From: a bacterium
GTDB lineage: Bacteria > Eisenbacteria > RBG-16-71-46
Direction of reading: 5' to 3'
Assembly (NCBI GenBank): GCA_031360075.1
Contig: JANMAX010000136.1
Coordinates: 1-54,916, forward strand
Length of the DNA: 54,916 bases
Part shown: positions 29,177 through 39,988 of the stretch, piece after piece
How the letters are laid out: each line of letters opens with the position of its first letter
Position numbering within the stretch: position 1 is the stretch's first letter
Position numbers and translations under genes: made by a program
The notes under the pieces: model-generated
What the model was told of the DNA's origin: nothing
What the model saw: the letters and a program-made list of their open reading frames with translations, nothing else
Database searches by the model: none

Positions 29177-29895
29177 GCGGGGCCGCTGTCCTCGGGCGGC
29201 AGCATCATGAACCGCCCGCAGCCGTCGCAATTCAACAGCCGCTCACGACGGCGGGCCTCCTGCAGCAGTGCGGGCGGCAGCGCGCGGAAGCATGCCCCGC
29301 AGGCACCATTCGCGACCGCCGCGACCGCGCGGCCGGCACGGCCGGCACGCAGGCGTTCGTAGCGGCTGCGCGTCCCGGCATCCAGCCGGGCGGCGGTCTC
29401 CGCACGGCGGGCGTCGAGCGCCGCGCGTTCGGCCAGCAGCACGGCCGACTCGGAATCGAGCTTCGCGAACAACGTCCGGCCCTCGTGCTCGAGCCGTTCA
29501 AGCGCGTATGCTTTTTCCGGGCGGGCCGCGGCGGCTCGCTCCTCGGCATCCAGGAGTTCGAGCACTTCCGTCTCCGGCACGTCGCGCTTGGCACGCACCG
29601 CGGCGATTTCATGCTGGACGGCTTCGAACTGCTTCTGGTCGGTAACCGACTGCAGTTGGACCTCGAAGCGCTTCACCTGCACGTCGAACGCCGCGATCTC
29701 GCCATCGAGCACACGACGGCGCTTGACCGAATCGGCCACGCGCTGGTCCAGGATGGCGAGCGCGTGCCGGGCGGCGGCAAGGCGTGTCTCGAGCGCTCTG
29801 CGCTGCTCGGGGTGCTTCGCCAGCGCCTGCTCGCACGTCACGGCCTGCTCGTCGACTTCGTGCAGGACCCAGTGGAGGCGGAGTTCTTCAGTCAT
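29173..29895 (-). CDS. COG1579/DUF164-type coiled-coil protein with C-terminal C4 zinc ribbon
   Basis: A long heptad-like Ala/Arg/Glu-rich coiled coil ends in ...CGACFRALPP...LLNCDGCGRFMM (CxxC...CxxC). Confidence 0.75.
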   Translation of the reverse strand: MTEELRLHWVLHEVDEQAVTCEQALAKHPEQRRALETRLAAARHALAILDQRVADSVKRRRVLDGEIAAFDVQVKRFEVQLQSVTDQKQFEAVQHEIAAVRAKRDVPETEVLELLDAEERAAAARPEKAYALERLEHEGRTLFAKLDSESAVLLAERAALDARRAETAARLDAGTRSRYERLRAGRAGRAVAAVANGACGACFRALPPALLQEARRRERLLNCDGCGRFMMLPPEDSGPA

Positions 29896-29940
29896 GAACC
29901 GGTCAGGAACCGATCACGCGGACCGCCGTGCGGAAGAGGA

Positions 29941-30016
29941 TGGTGGGCGAAGAGGGGCTCGAACCCCCGACCCTCTGGTTGTGATCCAGATGCTCTACCA
30001 GCTGAGCTATTCGCCC
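29941..30016 (-). tRNA. tRNA-Val (anticodon CAC), CCA encoded
   Basis: Minus strand GGGCGAAUAGCUCAGCUGGUAGAGCAUCUGGAUCACAACCAGAGGGUCGGGGGUUCGAGCCCCUCUUCGCCCACCA. The cloverleaf folds with anticodon loop AUCACAA. Confidence 0.9.
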
Positions 30017-30042
30017 ATCCCGACAATCGGTGCCGAGGCGTG

Positions 30043-30116
30043 TGGGCCCACCTGGATTCGAACCAGGGTCTTACCGGTTATGAGCCGGCGGCTCTGGACC
30101 ACTGAGCTATGGGCCC
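30043..30116 (-). tRNA. tRNA with CAT anticodon (elongator Met or lysidine-modified Ile2), no encoded CCA
   Basis: Minus strand GGGCCCAUAGCUCAGUGGUCCAGAGCCGCCGGCUCAUAACCGGUAAGACCCUGGUUCGAAUCCAGGUGGGCCCA. The paired 1:72 position and the anticodon stem lacking three G-C pairs argue against an initiator. Confidence 0.85.
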
Positions 30117-30152
30117 AGCGCCTCACCCCACACCTGCGACAGAAGCCGAGCG

Positions 30153-30182
30153 TTTGTAGCAGAGCGCGTGCATGAGCGTCAA
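30153..30182 (-). promoter_or_regulatory. Candidate promoter for the tRNA(CAT)-tRNA-Val pair (TTGACG-N18-TACAAA)
   Basis: Minus strand AGTGCTTGACGCTCAT gcacgcgctctgc TACAAA. The -35 is at 30182..30177 and the -10 at 30158..30153, 36 nt upstream of the tRNA 5' end. Confidence 0.45.
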
Positions 30183-30232
30183 GCACTGCTCCCGGCCCGC
30201 AGCCAGGGGGCGCCGGCGGTCGGCCGCCGGCT

Positions 30233-31642
30233 TCAGAACTGGAAGTAGATGAAAGGATTCGTGCTGAACGGCGAGAACAACAGCACGAGCACGATGGCGA
30301 TGACCGCGAGCGCCCAGCCCAGGGGCTGGCGCAGGTCCGGCACTAGCTCGCGCTCGCGCTGCCAGACGCTTCGCACATGCAGCGCCACGCCCGCGACGAG
30401 CACGACGACGGCCTGGACGTGGGTCCAGTGCGATCCGCCCGGCTCCATGAACGCCATTTTGCCGAGCACGGTGAACGCCGAGCGGAAGTCGGGCGCGCGG
30501 AAGAACACCCAACCCACGAGCACGAACAGGAACGTCACGGCCCAGCCGGCGAGCGAACGGAGCGCGGACGGCGGCGGATGGGCGCGGTCGCCCATGAGGT
30601 CGAGGCGTAGCTTGTCGAGCGCGAGCCCGGCACCATGCCACGCGCCCCACACCAGGAACGTGAGACTGGCGCCATGCCATAGCCCGCCGAGCAGCATGGT
30701 GATGGCGAGGTTCAGGTAGGTCCGTCCCCGGCCACGGCGATTTCCGCCGAGCGGGATGTACAGATAGTCACGCAGCCACGTGCTGAGCGTGATGTGCCAG
30801 CGCCGCCAGAACTCGGTGATGCTGCGCGACGTGTACGGATGGCGGAAGTTCGCCGGGAATTGGAAGCCGAACATGCGTCCGCAGCCGGTCGCCATGTCGG
30901 AGTAGCCCGAGAAGTCGTAATAGATCTGCCCCGCGTAGGCCAGCACCGCCAGCCATACGCTGAGCGGCGCGAACGCGGCCGGATGGGCGAACACGGGATC
31001 CACGAGCGCGGCGAGCGAATCGGCGAACAGCGACTTCTTCACGAACCCGCGCACGAACAACTCGAGTCCGGCGCGGACGTTGTCCCACTGGGGGCGGTGT
31101 TCGTGCGTGCGCAACTGCGGCATGAACACCGAGGCCCGCACGATCGGGCCGGCCACCAACTGCGGGAAGAACGACACGAACATCACGAAGTCGCGGTACG
31201 ACCGCGTCGCGGGCAGATCCCGGCGGTAAACGTCGATGGTGTAGCTCATGCTCTGGAACGTGAAGAACGAGATCCCCGCGGGCAGCACGATGTCGAGCCG
31301 GGTCGCATGCAACCCCGCGGCGGTGAGCAGCGGATGCAAGGAGTCGATGAAGAAGTTCATGTACTTGAAGTACACGAGGATGCCGAGATTCGCGACGAGG
31401 CTCGCCACCAGGAGCGCGCGGCGCCGTCCGCTGTCGGCCATCCGCTCGAGGTGAAGGCCGACGACGTAGTCGATAGTCGTGGTCGCGAACATCAGGAACG
31501 TGAAGCGCCAGTCCCACCAGCCATAGAAGAAGTAGCTCGCCACCAGCAGCACGTTCCGGCGGTGGCCTTCACCGCGCAACAAGCGGGTGATGAGCAGCAC
31601 CAGCGCCAGGAAGACGAGGAACTCGCTCGAGGTGAAGATCAT
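30233..31642 (-). CDS. MBOAT-family membrane O-acyltransferase (AlgI/DltB/PatA-like)
   Basis: 469 aa, polytopic. It carries the MBOAT catalytic-His region ...FWRRWHITLSTWLRDYLYIPLGGNRRG... and LLGGLWHGASLTFLVWG. Confidence 0.9.
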   Translation of the reverse strand: MIFTSSEFLVFLALVLLITRLLRGEGHRRNVLLVASYFFYGWWDWRFTFLMFATTTIDYVVGLHLERMADSGRRRALLVASLVANLGILVYFKYMNFFIDSLHPLLTAAGLHATRLDIVLPAGISFFTFQSMSYTIDVYRRDLPATRSYRDFVMFVSFFPQLVAGPIVRASVFMPQLRTHEHRPQWDNVRAGLELFVRGFVKKSLFADSLAALVDPVFAHPAAFAPLSVWLAVLAYAGQIYYDFSGYSDMATGCGRMFGFQFPANFRHPYTSRSITEFWRRWHITLSTWLRDYLYIPLGGNRRGRGRTYLNLAITMLLGGLWHGASLTFLVWGAWHGAGLALDKLRLDLMGDRAHPPPSALRSLAGWAVTFLFVLVGWVFFRAPDFRSAFTVLGKMAFMEPGGSHWTHVQAVVVLVAGVALHVRSVWQRERELVPDLRQPLGWALAVIAIVLVLLFSPFSTNPFIYFQF

Positions 31643-32733
31643 CGGCCGGCCCGTGCGGGCCGCGCCGGCGGGGCGACCGCCAGCCGCTGGCCCGGGCGCC
31701 GTTCACGTTCGAGCTCGGCCGCGAGCAACCGCCCGACCACGGCGTGGCCGCGCGCGTTCAGATGACCCTCCCCCGGCCGGGTGTTGCGGAACCCATGCAG
31801 CGGCTCGTGGTCACGGGCGTAGGACTCGAGCAGCGCGTCGGTCGGATCCACCAGCGGCAGTCCGAGCCGTGCCGCCAGCGCGTGATAGAACCGCCGACGC
31901 TCAGGATACGCCTCGCGGGCGGGCGAGCCGAAGTACGCGATGTGCGGCACGTACACCAACACGAGCCGCGGCTCGACCGCCTGCACGACAGCGATGAGGC
32001 TGTCGGCGAGCGCCGCGGCTCGCGCGGTCACCGGCAGTGCGACGACATCGCGCATGTCCGGGTGGCTGCCCGTGAGCTTGCTCTTGAGCCGGGTGCGCTC
32101 CTGCCCGGCCAGCAACGCGACACGGAAGGACAGCATGTTGAGCAGTCCGGAGTACCGGAGGATCGATCGTGCGCGGCCGGCGAGTCCCGTGCCCGGCGGC
32201 CGCGGTCCTCCGACGCCGTGGAACTCGTCGAGCGCCGCACGCCACAGATCGCCGCTCTCCAGTTCGCTCAGATCGCCATCGTTGAGCTGGAGCACGAAGA
32301 AGTCGGGGTGGAACTCGGCTTCGAGCCGCGGCGCGAACAGCGCGTAGTGGATCGGCGAGCGCCCCGCCGAAGCCATATTCACGATCGACACGCCCGGCAG
32401 CAGGGTTTCGGTGACCTCCGAAAAGCGCTGGTCGGCACGAACCTGGAGCCCCTGCCCGAACGAATCGCCCATCAGGACGCCGACCGTGCCACCCGGCCCG
32501 GGGCGGAGTTCGTGGTCGAGGACGCCGCGCGAGTTGGCGGTGAATTCGCCCCAGCCCTCGCGGCTCTGCACCACTCGCGAGCCCGGTCGCTGGAGAAATC
32601 CGAGTGTCCCGTCCAGCACGACCGCCTGCGGCCGCATGAGCCAGCGCCGGACTGCCCACTCCCCGGAGAGCGCGATTCCGAACAGGAGCAGCACCGCCAA
32701 CAGCAGGCTCCGGTGGATCGGTCTTGGCGGCAT
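31639..32733 (-). CDS. SGNH/GDSL-like hydrolase-fold protein, probable partner of the MBOAT acyltransferase
   Basis: Real start is MPPRPIHRSLLLAVLLLFGIAL (ATG 32733, N-terminal anchor). Block I is VLMGDSFGQG and a block V-like GEGHLNARGHAVVG is present. The stop overlaps the MBOAT ATG (ATGA). Confidence 0.6.
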   Translation of the reverse strand: MPPRPIHRSLLLAVLLLFGIALSGEWAVRRWLMRPQAVVLDGTLGFLQRPGSRVVQSREGWGEFTANSRGVLDHELRPGPGGTVGVLMGDSFGQGLQVRADQRFSEVTETLLPGVSIVNMASAGRSPIHYALFAPRLEAEFHPDFFVLQLNDGDLSELESGDLWRAALDEFHGVGGPRPPGTGLAGRARSILRYSGLLNMLSFRVALLAGQERTRLKSKLTGSHPDMRDVVALPVTARAAALADSLIAVVQAVEPRLVLVYVPHIAYFGSPAREAYPERRRFYHALAARLGLPLVDPTDALLESYARDHEPLHGFRNTRPGEGHLNARGHAVVGRLLAAELERERRPGQRLAVAPPARPARAGR

Positions 32734-32978
32734 CGAGGGCCCTGGGGAGGTGGACCGGAGGGTCCGAGAGCACGCAGGAGGAGGCACGGAGCACAGCGGG
32801 AAAAAGTCTAGCACACGCTCCACACGCCGGGACGTGGCGCCAAGGTCGGTGTGGATGCGACAGTATCCCGGCGGACCGCGGATTCACGACCCGCGTGCCA
32901 TCCGGCCCACGAAGCCGGCTGCACGAAGCCGCACCGGGCGAGCGATCACCCGATGCGGCCGTGGAACGGACGGCGCGA

Positions 32979-34781
<1,803 letters not shown>

Positions 34782-34795
34782 GTAGGGCGTTCTCC

Positions 34796-36607
34796 TCACG
34801 TACTCAACTTCTTCAGCGTGCTGGCGATCTCTTGGATCTCCCGCATCAGCCTCGTCGATTCGTCACCGCGGGCAGTCGCGAGCTGGGACTCGCGTGCACG
34901 CCGCTCCTGCTGCAGCCGGCGCACCGTGAGCCGCCGGATCGCACCGATCACCTCGGCACGGTGGTCCTGTCCCTCATCCGCGGCGGACGCCAACTCACGA
35001 GCGAGCGCCGCTGCTTCGCCATCGTCCTCGGGCAGGACGACACCGTGCTGCCACCACACTGCGGCCAGCGCTCGCGCGCCGGCATCCTCGAAATGCTCCA
35101 CCGCCAGTTCCCGGCGCACGTCCTCGATCATCTCCGGCGCGTGCCACAGACCGAGCAGCAGCCGGCGCTCGAGTTCTCCCTCGATGCGGCGCTGCGACTT
35201 CACCGCGGTGGTCATCGACTGACCGCTGCGGTCCCCGCCGGTGGCGAGGCGCGCCGCGCGCGCGATCACCCCCTCGGACATCCCGAACACCTGGCTCGCG
35301 CGTTCCACGAGTAGCCGGTGTCGGATCGTGTCCGTGACACCCGTGAGCAAGCGCACCACCACCTGCAGCGCGCGCTCACGAGGGTCGCCCCCCGCGGCGG
35401 TGCGCAGCACGTGCCGGTGCACGAACTCCACAGCGTCATAAGCGGAATCGCGCACTCTACACCATCCCTCGGTCCCCGCGCGACGCACCAGGGTGTCGGG
35501 GTCATCCCCGGCCGGCAGATCGAGCACCACGACATCCAGTCCCTCGGCCAGCAGCACCCCCAGCGAGCGCAGCATGGCCTGCTGACCGGCTTGGTCGCCG
35601 TCGTAGGTCAGCGCCACCCCCCGGACCAGCCGCCGGAGCGAGCGGGCGTGGTCGGCGGTGAGTGCAGTGCCCGAGGTCGCCACGGTGTTGCGGATGCCAG
35701 CCTGATGCAGCGCGATGGCGTCAAAATAACCCTCCACGACCACCATCTCGCCCTCCGCCTTGACGAACTTCCGGGCTTGTTCAAGGCCGAACAAGTACTG
35801 ACTCTTGTGGTAGACCGACGACTCGGGGGAATTCAGGTACTTGGGGTTGTCGTCGCCCATGGCTCGAGCGCCGAACCCGAGCACGCCGCCCCCCGGTGCG
35901 ATGAGCGGCACCATGAGGCGGTTGCGGAACCAGTCGAACGTCGACCTCCCGCCTTCCTTGCGGCCGGCGAGCCGGGCCTCGAGCAGCACGTCGTCGCCAT
36001 AGCGGCTGCGCAGCCGGTTCACCAGGTGATCCCAGCCCGGCAGCGACAACCCCAGCCGGAATTCGCGCTGCGTCTCGCGCGTGATGCCACGCTGCTCGAG
36101 ATACGCGCGCGCCGCCTCGCCGGCGGTCGGATCACCGAGCCACTGTTCATACGCGGTAGCGGCAGCATCGAGCGCCTCGAGCAACGGCGCACGCTTGCCA
36201 CGGTCGCCCATGCGTCGCTCGGGGATCGGGATGCTGGCGCGGCGCGACAGCAACTCGACCGCTTCCAGGAATCCGACCTTCTCGGTCTCCTGCACGAACT
36301 TGAAGACGTCGCCGCCGGCCTTGCAGCCGAAGCAGTGATAGAACTGGCGTTCGGCGCTGACCGAGAACGACGCCGACTTCTCCTCGTGGAACGGGCACCG
36401 GCCCATGTGATTGCGGCCGACACGGCGCAGCGGCACCGTCTGGCTGACGAGTTCCACGATGTCCGAAGCCGCGCGGACACGCTCGACCCAGTCGTCGTTG
36501 CCGCCGTCGCGGCCTCCGGCCGGGCTGCGCTGGGCTGGGCCACGGCCGCCCGGCGGGTCACCGCCCGGGCCGCTGCTGCTGAGGAGCCTGCGTTCGTCGG
36601 AGATCAT
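34796..36607 (-). CDS. dnaG: DNA primase
   Basis: Zinc-finger [34 protein letters not shown] and a TOPRIM region ([12 protein letters not shown]). ATG 36607 overlaps the mutS2 stop (ATGA). About 40 aa of Gly/Pro-rich sequence precede the zinc finger. The track ORF (to 37222) is overextended. Confidence 0.9.
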   Translation of the reverse strand: MISDERRLLSSSGPGGDPPGGRGPAQRSPAGGRDGGNDDWVERVRAASDIVELVSQTVPLRRVGRNHMGRCPFHEEKSASFSVSAERQFYHCFGCKAGGDVFKFVQETEKVGFLEAVELLSRRASIPIPERRMGDRGKRAPLLEALDAAATAYEQWLGDPTAGEAARAYLEQRGITRETQREFRLGLSLPGWDHLVNRLRSRYGDDVLLEARLAGRKEGGRSTFDWFRNRLMVPLIAPGGGVLGFGARAMGDDNPKYLNSPESSVYHKSQYLFGLEQARKFVKAEGEMVVVEGYFDAIALHQAGIRNTVATSGTALTADHARSLRRLVRGVALTYDGDQAGQQAMLRSLGVLLAEGLDVVVLDLPAGDDPDTLVRRAGTEGWCRVRDSAYDAVEFVHRHVLRTAAGGDPRERALQVVVRLLTGVTDTIRHRLLVERASQVFGMSEGVIARAARLATGGDRSGQSMTTAVKSQRRIEGELERRLLLGLWHAPEMIEDVRRELAVEHFEDAGARALAAVWWQHGVVLPEDDGEAAALARELASAADEGQDHRAEVIGAIRRLTVRRLQQERRARESQLATARGDESTRLMREIQEIASTLKKLST

Positions 36608-39006
36608 CGCAACCTCGCCACGGTCACACCGCGTCCGCCTTCGTACCCATCGCCGAAGCGCTGGGACTCCACTTGCGGATGACCCTTCAGATGCTTCTGG
36701 ACGGCGATCCGGAGCGCGCCGGTTCCGATGCCGTGGATGATGCGGACCTCGTGAAGCCCCGCCAGCACGGCGCGGTCGAGCGCATGGTCCACCGTGCCCA
36801 GCGCCTCGCTGACGTCCATGCCACGCAGGTCCGCTTCGAGCGGCGGCGGTTCGTCGGAGGCATCGTAGCGCGCCACTGGCCCGCGCGACTTGGGGGCCGG
36901 CGCCACTGCAGCCGCCGCGAGCCGGCTGACATGCGACTGGATGGTGAAGCTGCCGCGGCGCAACTGCACACGGCCCTCGGGATCGGGCCCGCTCACGATC
37001 GTCGCTTCGAACCCGAGGTCGGTGACGCGCACCCGCGAACCCGGCGTCAGCACGGCGGGCACGACCGGCGTCTCGCTCCCGGGCAGGCCAAGCGCTTCCG
37101 GCGAAGCCGCCCGCTGGAGGGCGGCCGCCGAACGTTCGACCTGCGCCATGCCGTCGCGCAGCACGTCCGCGCCGGCGCGTGACTTGTCGCGCTTCCTGGC
37201 CTCGCGCTGGACGTCTTGCCACAACTCGCGCGAGCGCACCAGCAGCGCCTCGCTCTCGGCGGTCAGCCGGCGGCGGAGTTCGGCCAGCGACTTCCTCGCC
37301 TCCTCGGCGCTGTCGCGGTGGTGGGCGGCAGCACGCTCGGCTTCGGCGCGCGCCGCCACCAGTTCGGCGCGCTCGGCATGCGCGGCCGCCAGCGCATCGC
37401 CGATCTCCGCCAGCAGCCGTTCGAGCGCGCGCGTCTCCTCCGGTGTGAGTTCACGCGCGCGTGCCAGCAGCGCTTCCGGGAACCCGAGCCGGCCCGCGAC
37501 GTCGAGCGCGTGGCTCGCGCCGGGCACACCGGGACGGAAGCGATAGCGCGACGTCAGCGTGTCGAGGTCGAACTCCAGTGAACCGTTCAGGACGCCGGGA
37601 ACTTCGCTCGCGACTCGCTTGAGGCTGCCCAGGTGCGTGGTGATGACACCCCACGCCCCGCGCGCCGCGAGATGCTCGACCAACGCGCGGCCGAGCGCGG
37701 CGCCCTCCTCGGGATCGGTGCCAGCACCCAGTTCGTCGGCCAGCAGCAGTGTGCGCGGCCCCGCCGCCTCCGCCATCGCCTTCAACGCCATGAGGTGGGC
37801 CGCGAAAGTACTGAGCCCCTGGTCCACCGACTGCTCGTCGCCCAGATCCGCCAGCAGTTCGTCGAGCACCGGGACCAAGCTGCCCTCGGCGGCCAGCACC
37901 GGCAGACCGGCATGCGCGAGCGCGACCGCCAGCCCCACGGTCTTCATGAGCACGGTCTTGCCGCCCATGTTGGGGCCCGAGACGAGCAACAGCCGGCCGT
38001 GCTCGCCCAGCTCGAGATCCAGCGGCACGACGCTCGCTCGCCGCTCGCCCATGACGAGCAGGGGGTGACGCGCCTGGAGCAGGCGCAGCCGGTCACCGCC
38101 CGGAGTCACCGCGATGCCCCCGAACTCGGCGGCCCACGAGCCGCATGCGCGCAGCTGGTCGAGTTCGGCGATCGTGGCTTCGAGCACCTCGAGCTCGGGG
38201 GCCGCGGCGCGGACGTCGGCGGCCAGTTCGCGCAGTATGCGGCGTTCCTCCTGGAGCGCTTCGGCACGCAGCTCGAGCAGCCGGTTGTTGGACTCGCACG
38301 CCTCGAGTGGTTCGACGAACAGTGACTGCCCGCTGTTCGATGTGTCGTGGACGATGCCCTGCTTGCGCGAGAAACCCGCGGCCGGCACCAGCGTCACGAA
38401 GCGGTCGCCGAAGCGCGTCACGTAGCTGTCCGGGCCGTGTCCCGCGGCCCAGCGCTCGAGCGTGCGGTGCAGCGCGCGCTCGCCAGCTGCGAGTCCGCGA
38501 CGCGCGCGCGCCAGTGCCGGTGAAGCGTCATCGCGCACCCGGCCGTCGGCATCGAGCGTGGCCGTGAGCCGGTCGCGCAGGCGCTCGAGCGGCGGCAGCT
38601 GCCCGACCGCGGCGGCCAGCAGGGGATAGCGCACGGCGGTGTGCGCATCCGTCCACGCGGCGCGCGTGCGCGCGGCGGCGGCGAGCCAATCGCCAACGAT
38701 CGCGAACGACTCGGGTTCGAATGCATCGCGGGCGTCGCCGGTCAGCACCTCGGACAAGGCGCTCGGTGCCGCAAAACACCACGCTTCGGGCTCGCGCTGC
38801 CGCCGGATGGCTTCCGCAAGCCGTGCAGCCGCCTGCGCGCGCGCCGTGCTCGCGGTGATCGGGCCGGCCGCCAACAGCGCCGCTGTGGCACGCGGACTGG
38901 TGGCACGCTCGGCGAGCGCGCGGACGACGCGAGGGAATTCGATGAGTTCGAGGGAATGCGGGTGCACGGCGACGCTCGCGACCGCAACCCCACCCGCCGG
39001 CGTCAA
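36604..39006 (-). CDS. mutS2: Endonuclease MutS2 (MutS domain plus C-terminal Smr)
   Basis: Walker A SGPNMGGKTV and Smr C-terminus VRIIHGIGTGALR. The start is TTG 39006 or a slightly later GTG (VHPHSLELIEF). Confidence 0.9.
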   Translation of the reverse strand: MTPAGGVAVASVAVHPHSLELIEFPRVVRALAERATSPRATAALLAAGPITASTARAQAAARLAEAIRRQREPEAWCFAAPSALSEVLTGDARDAFEPESFAIVGDWLAAAARTRAAWTDAHTAVRYPLLAAAVGQLPPLERLRDRLTATLDADGRVRDDASPALARARRGLAAGERALHRTLERWAAGHGPDSYVTRFGDRFVTLVPAAGFSRKQGIVHDTSNSGQSLFVEPLEACESNNRLLELRAEALQEERRILRELAADVRAAAPELEVLEATIAELDQLRACGSWAAEFGGIAVTPGGDRLRLLQARHPLLVMGERRASVVPLDLELGEHGRLLLVSGPNMGGKTVLMKTVGLAVALAHAGLPVLAAEGSLVPVLDELLADLGDEQSVDQGLSTFAAHLMALKAMAEAAGPRTLLLADELGAGTDPEEGAALGRALVEHLAARGAWGVITTHLGSLKRVASEVPGVLNGSLEFDLDTLTSRYRFRPGVPGASHALDVAGRLGFPEALLARARELTPEETRALERLLAEIGDALAAAHAERAELVAARAEAERAAAHHRDSAEEARKSLAELRRRLTAESEALLVRSRELWQDVQREARKRDKSRAGADVLRDGMAQVERSAAALQRAASPEALGLPGSETPVVPAVLTPGSRVRVTDLGFEATIVSGPDPEGRVQLRRGSFTIQSHVSRLAAAAVAPAPKSRGPVARYDASDEPPPLEADLRGMDVSEALGTVDHALDRAVLAGLHEVRIIHGIGTGALRIAVQKHLKGHPQVESQRFGDGYEGGRGVTVARLR

Positions 39007-39052
39007 GGACCCGCGAGGCCGGACGGCGGAGAAGCGGATGATGCCGCGACGC

Positions 39053-39556
39053 TCAGGCCTGGCGGCGCGCCGCCAGACGGCGGGAAGCGCTGCGCAGCTG
39101 TTCGTGCAGCCAGAGTCCGCCGGGAAGTCTCATGCCCCACTCGCTGACGCGATCCGCCGCTGCGAGGAGCGGAGCGGGAGTCACACCGTGCGCAGTGGCG
39201 TTGCGCGCGAACTCCAGGCCCGGCGCCTGGAGCAGGACGACGACGAATGCGGTGCTGGCCAGGCCCCCGATGGCGAAACCGACCAGCCCGCCCACCGCAC
39301 GGTCGATCCAGCCGAACGGACCGTCATGCGCTGCTTTCGCGAGCAGGTCACCCCACCACTGGAACACGGCCGCGACACCGAACCCGGTGAGCACGGCCAC
39401 CGTCCACCGGAGCAGCCCGAAGGCCCACTCGGGGCGTGCGGTCCGCCAGTGCGCCCCGACCCAATCCGAGACGAAGGATCCGGCCAGGACGCCCAGTAGG
39501 ATGCCGAAGAAAGCGAAAACCTGCGCGACAGTGCCGCGCAGGAGTCCACGAATCAC
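39053..39556 (-). CDS. cvpA: CvpA-family membrane protein
   Basis: Three to four TM helices with a CvpA-like layout. GTG 39556 probably truncates the first helix (see the finding on the start codon). Confidence 0.7.
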   Translation of the reverse strand: MIRGLLRGTVAQVFAFFGILLGVLAGSFVSDWVGAHWRTARPEWAFGLLRWTVAVLTGFGVAAVFQWWGDLLAKAAHDGPFGWIDRAVGGLVGFAIGGLASTAFVVVLLQAPGLEFARNATAHGVTPAPLLAAADRVSEWGMRLPGGLWLHEQLRSASRRLAARRQA

Positions 39557-39623
39557 GAACGCGACCAGCAGGATCGCGACGATCCAATCGGGCCACGTGA
39601 GTTGCTGGAACAGGGTCAGTGCC

Positions 39624-39818
39624 TCAGATCTCCGCGGTCCGCTTCGCGATGTTCTTGCGTTTGGCGGCGTTCAACTTGCGCTTGCGCCGTTCACTTGGCT
39701 TCTCGAAGTGCTGATGACGACGAAGGTCCGCCATGATGCCGGCCTTCTCACACTTCTTCTTGAACCGTCGCAGGGCACTCTCGAAGGACTCACCGTCCTT
39801 CACTCGGATGCCTGGCAA
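39624..39818 (-). CDS. rpsU: 30S ribosomal protein S21
   Basis: (M)[50 protein letters not shown] start at 39818 has GGGGGGA 5 nt upstream. Confidence 0.9.
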   Translation of the reverse strand: MPGIRVKDGESFESALRRFKKKCEKAGIMADLRRHQHFEKPSERRKRKLNAAKRKNIAKRTAEI

Positions 39819-39929
39819 TCCATTCCCCCCTCTCTCGACACGGTCTTCCCCTGAAGAAAGAGATAAGGGTGGTAAGTCATTGGGCGCACGAAAAGTGTGC
39901 GCGGAGGACGAAGCTCGGATATCCGTTCC

Positions 39930-39958
39930 AGTCTATGGCCGCGATCCCCCAGCGTCAA
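39930..39958 (-). promoter_or_regulatory. Candidate promoter for rpsU (TTGACG-N17-TAGACT)
   Basis: Minus strand GTGCCTTGACGCTG ggggatcgcggcca TAGACT. The -35 is at 39958..39953 and the -10 at 39935..39930. It lies 31 nt downstream of the rsmE stop and leaves a leader of about 100 nt containing a GCGCAC/GUGCGC hairpin (39884..39902). Confidence 0.4.
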
Positions 39959-39988
39959 GGCACAGACGGCGGAAACAGCGCCGCCAGG

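Noticed and set aside
39884-39902. A GCGCAC-N7-GTGCGC hairpin between rsmE and rpsU as a terminator or riboswitch.
   Set aside because: It lies downstream of the candidate rpsU promoter and so within the leader. It has a 6-bp stem and no U-tract, and I recognise no riboswitch consensus. I noted it only as part of the rpsU leader.
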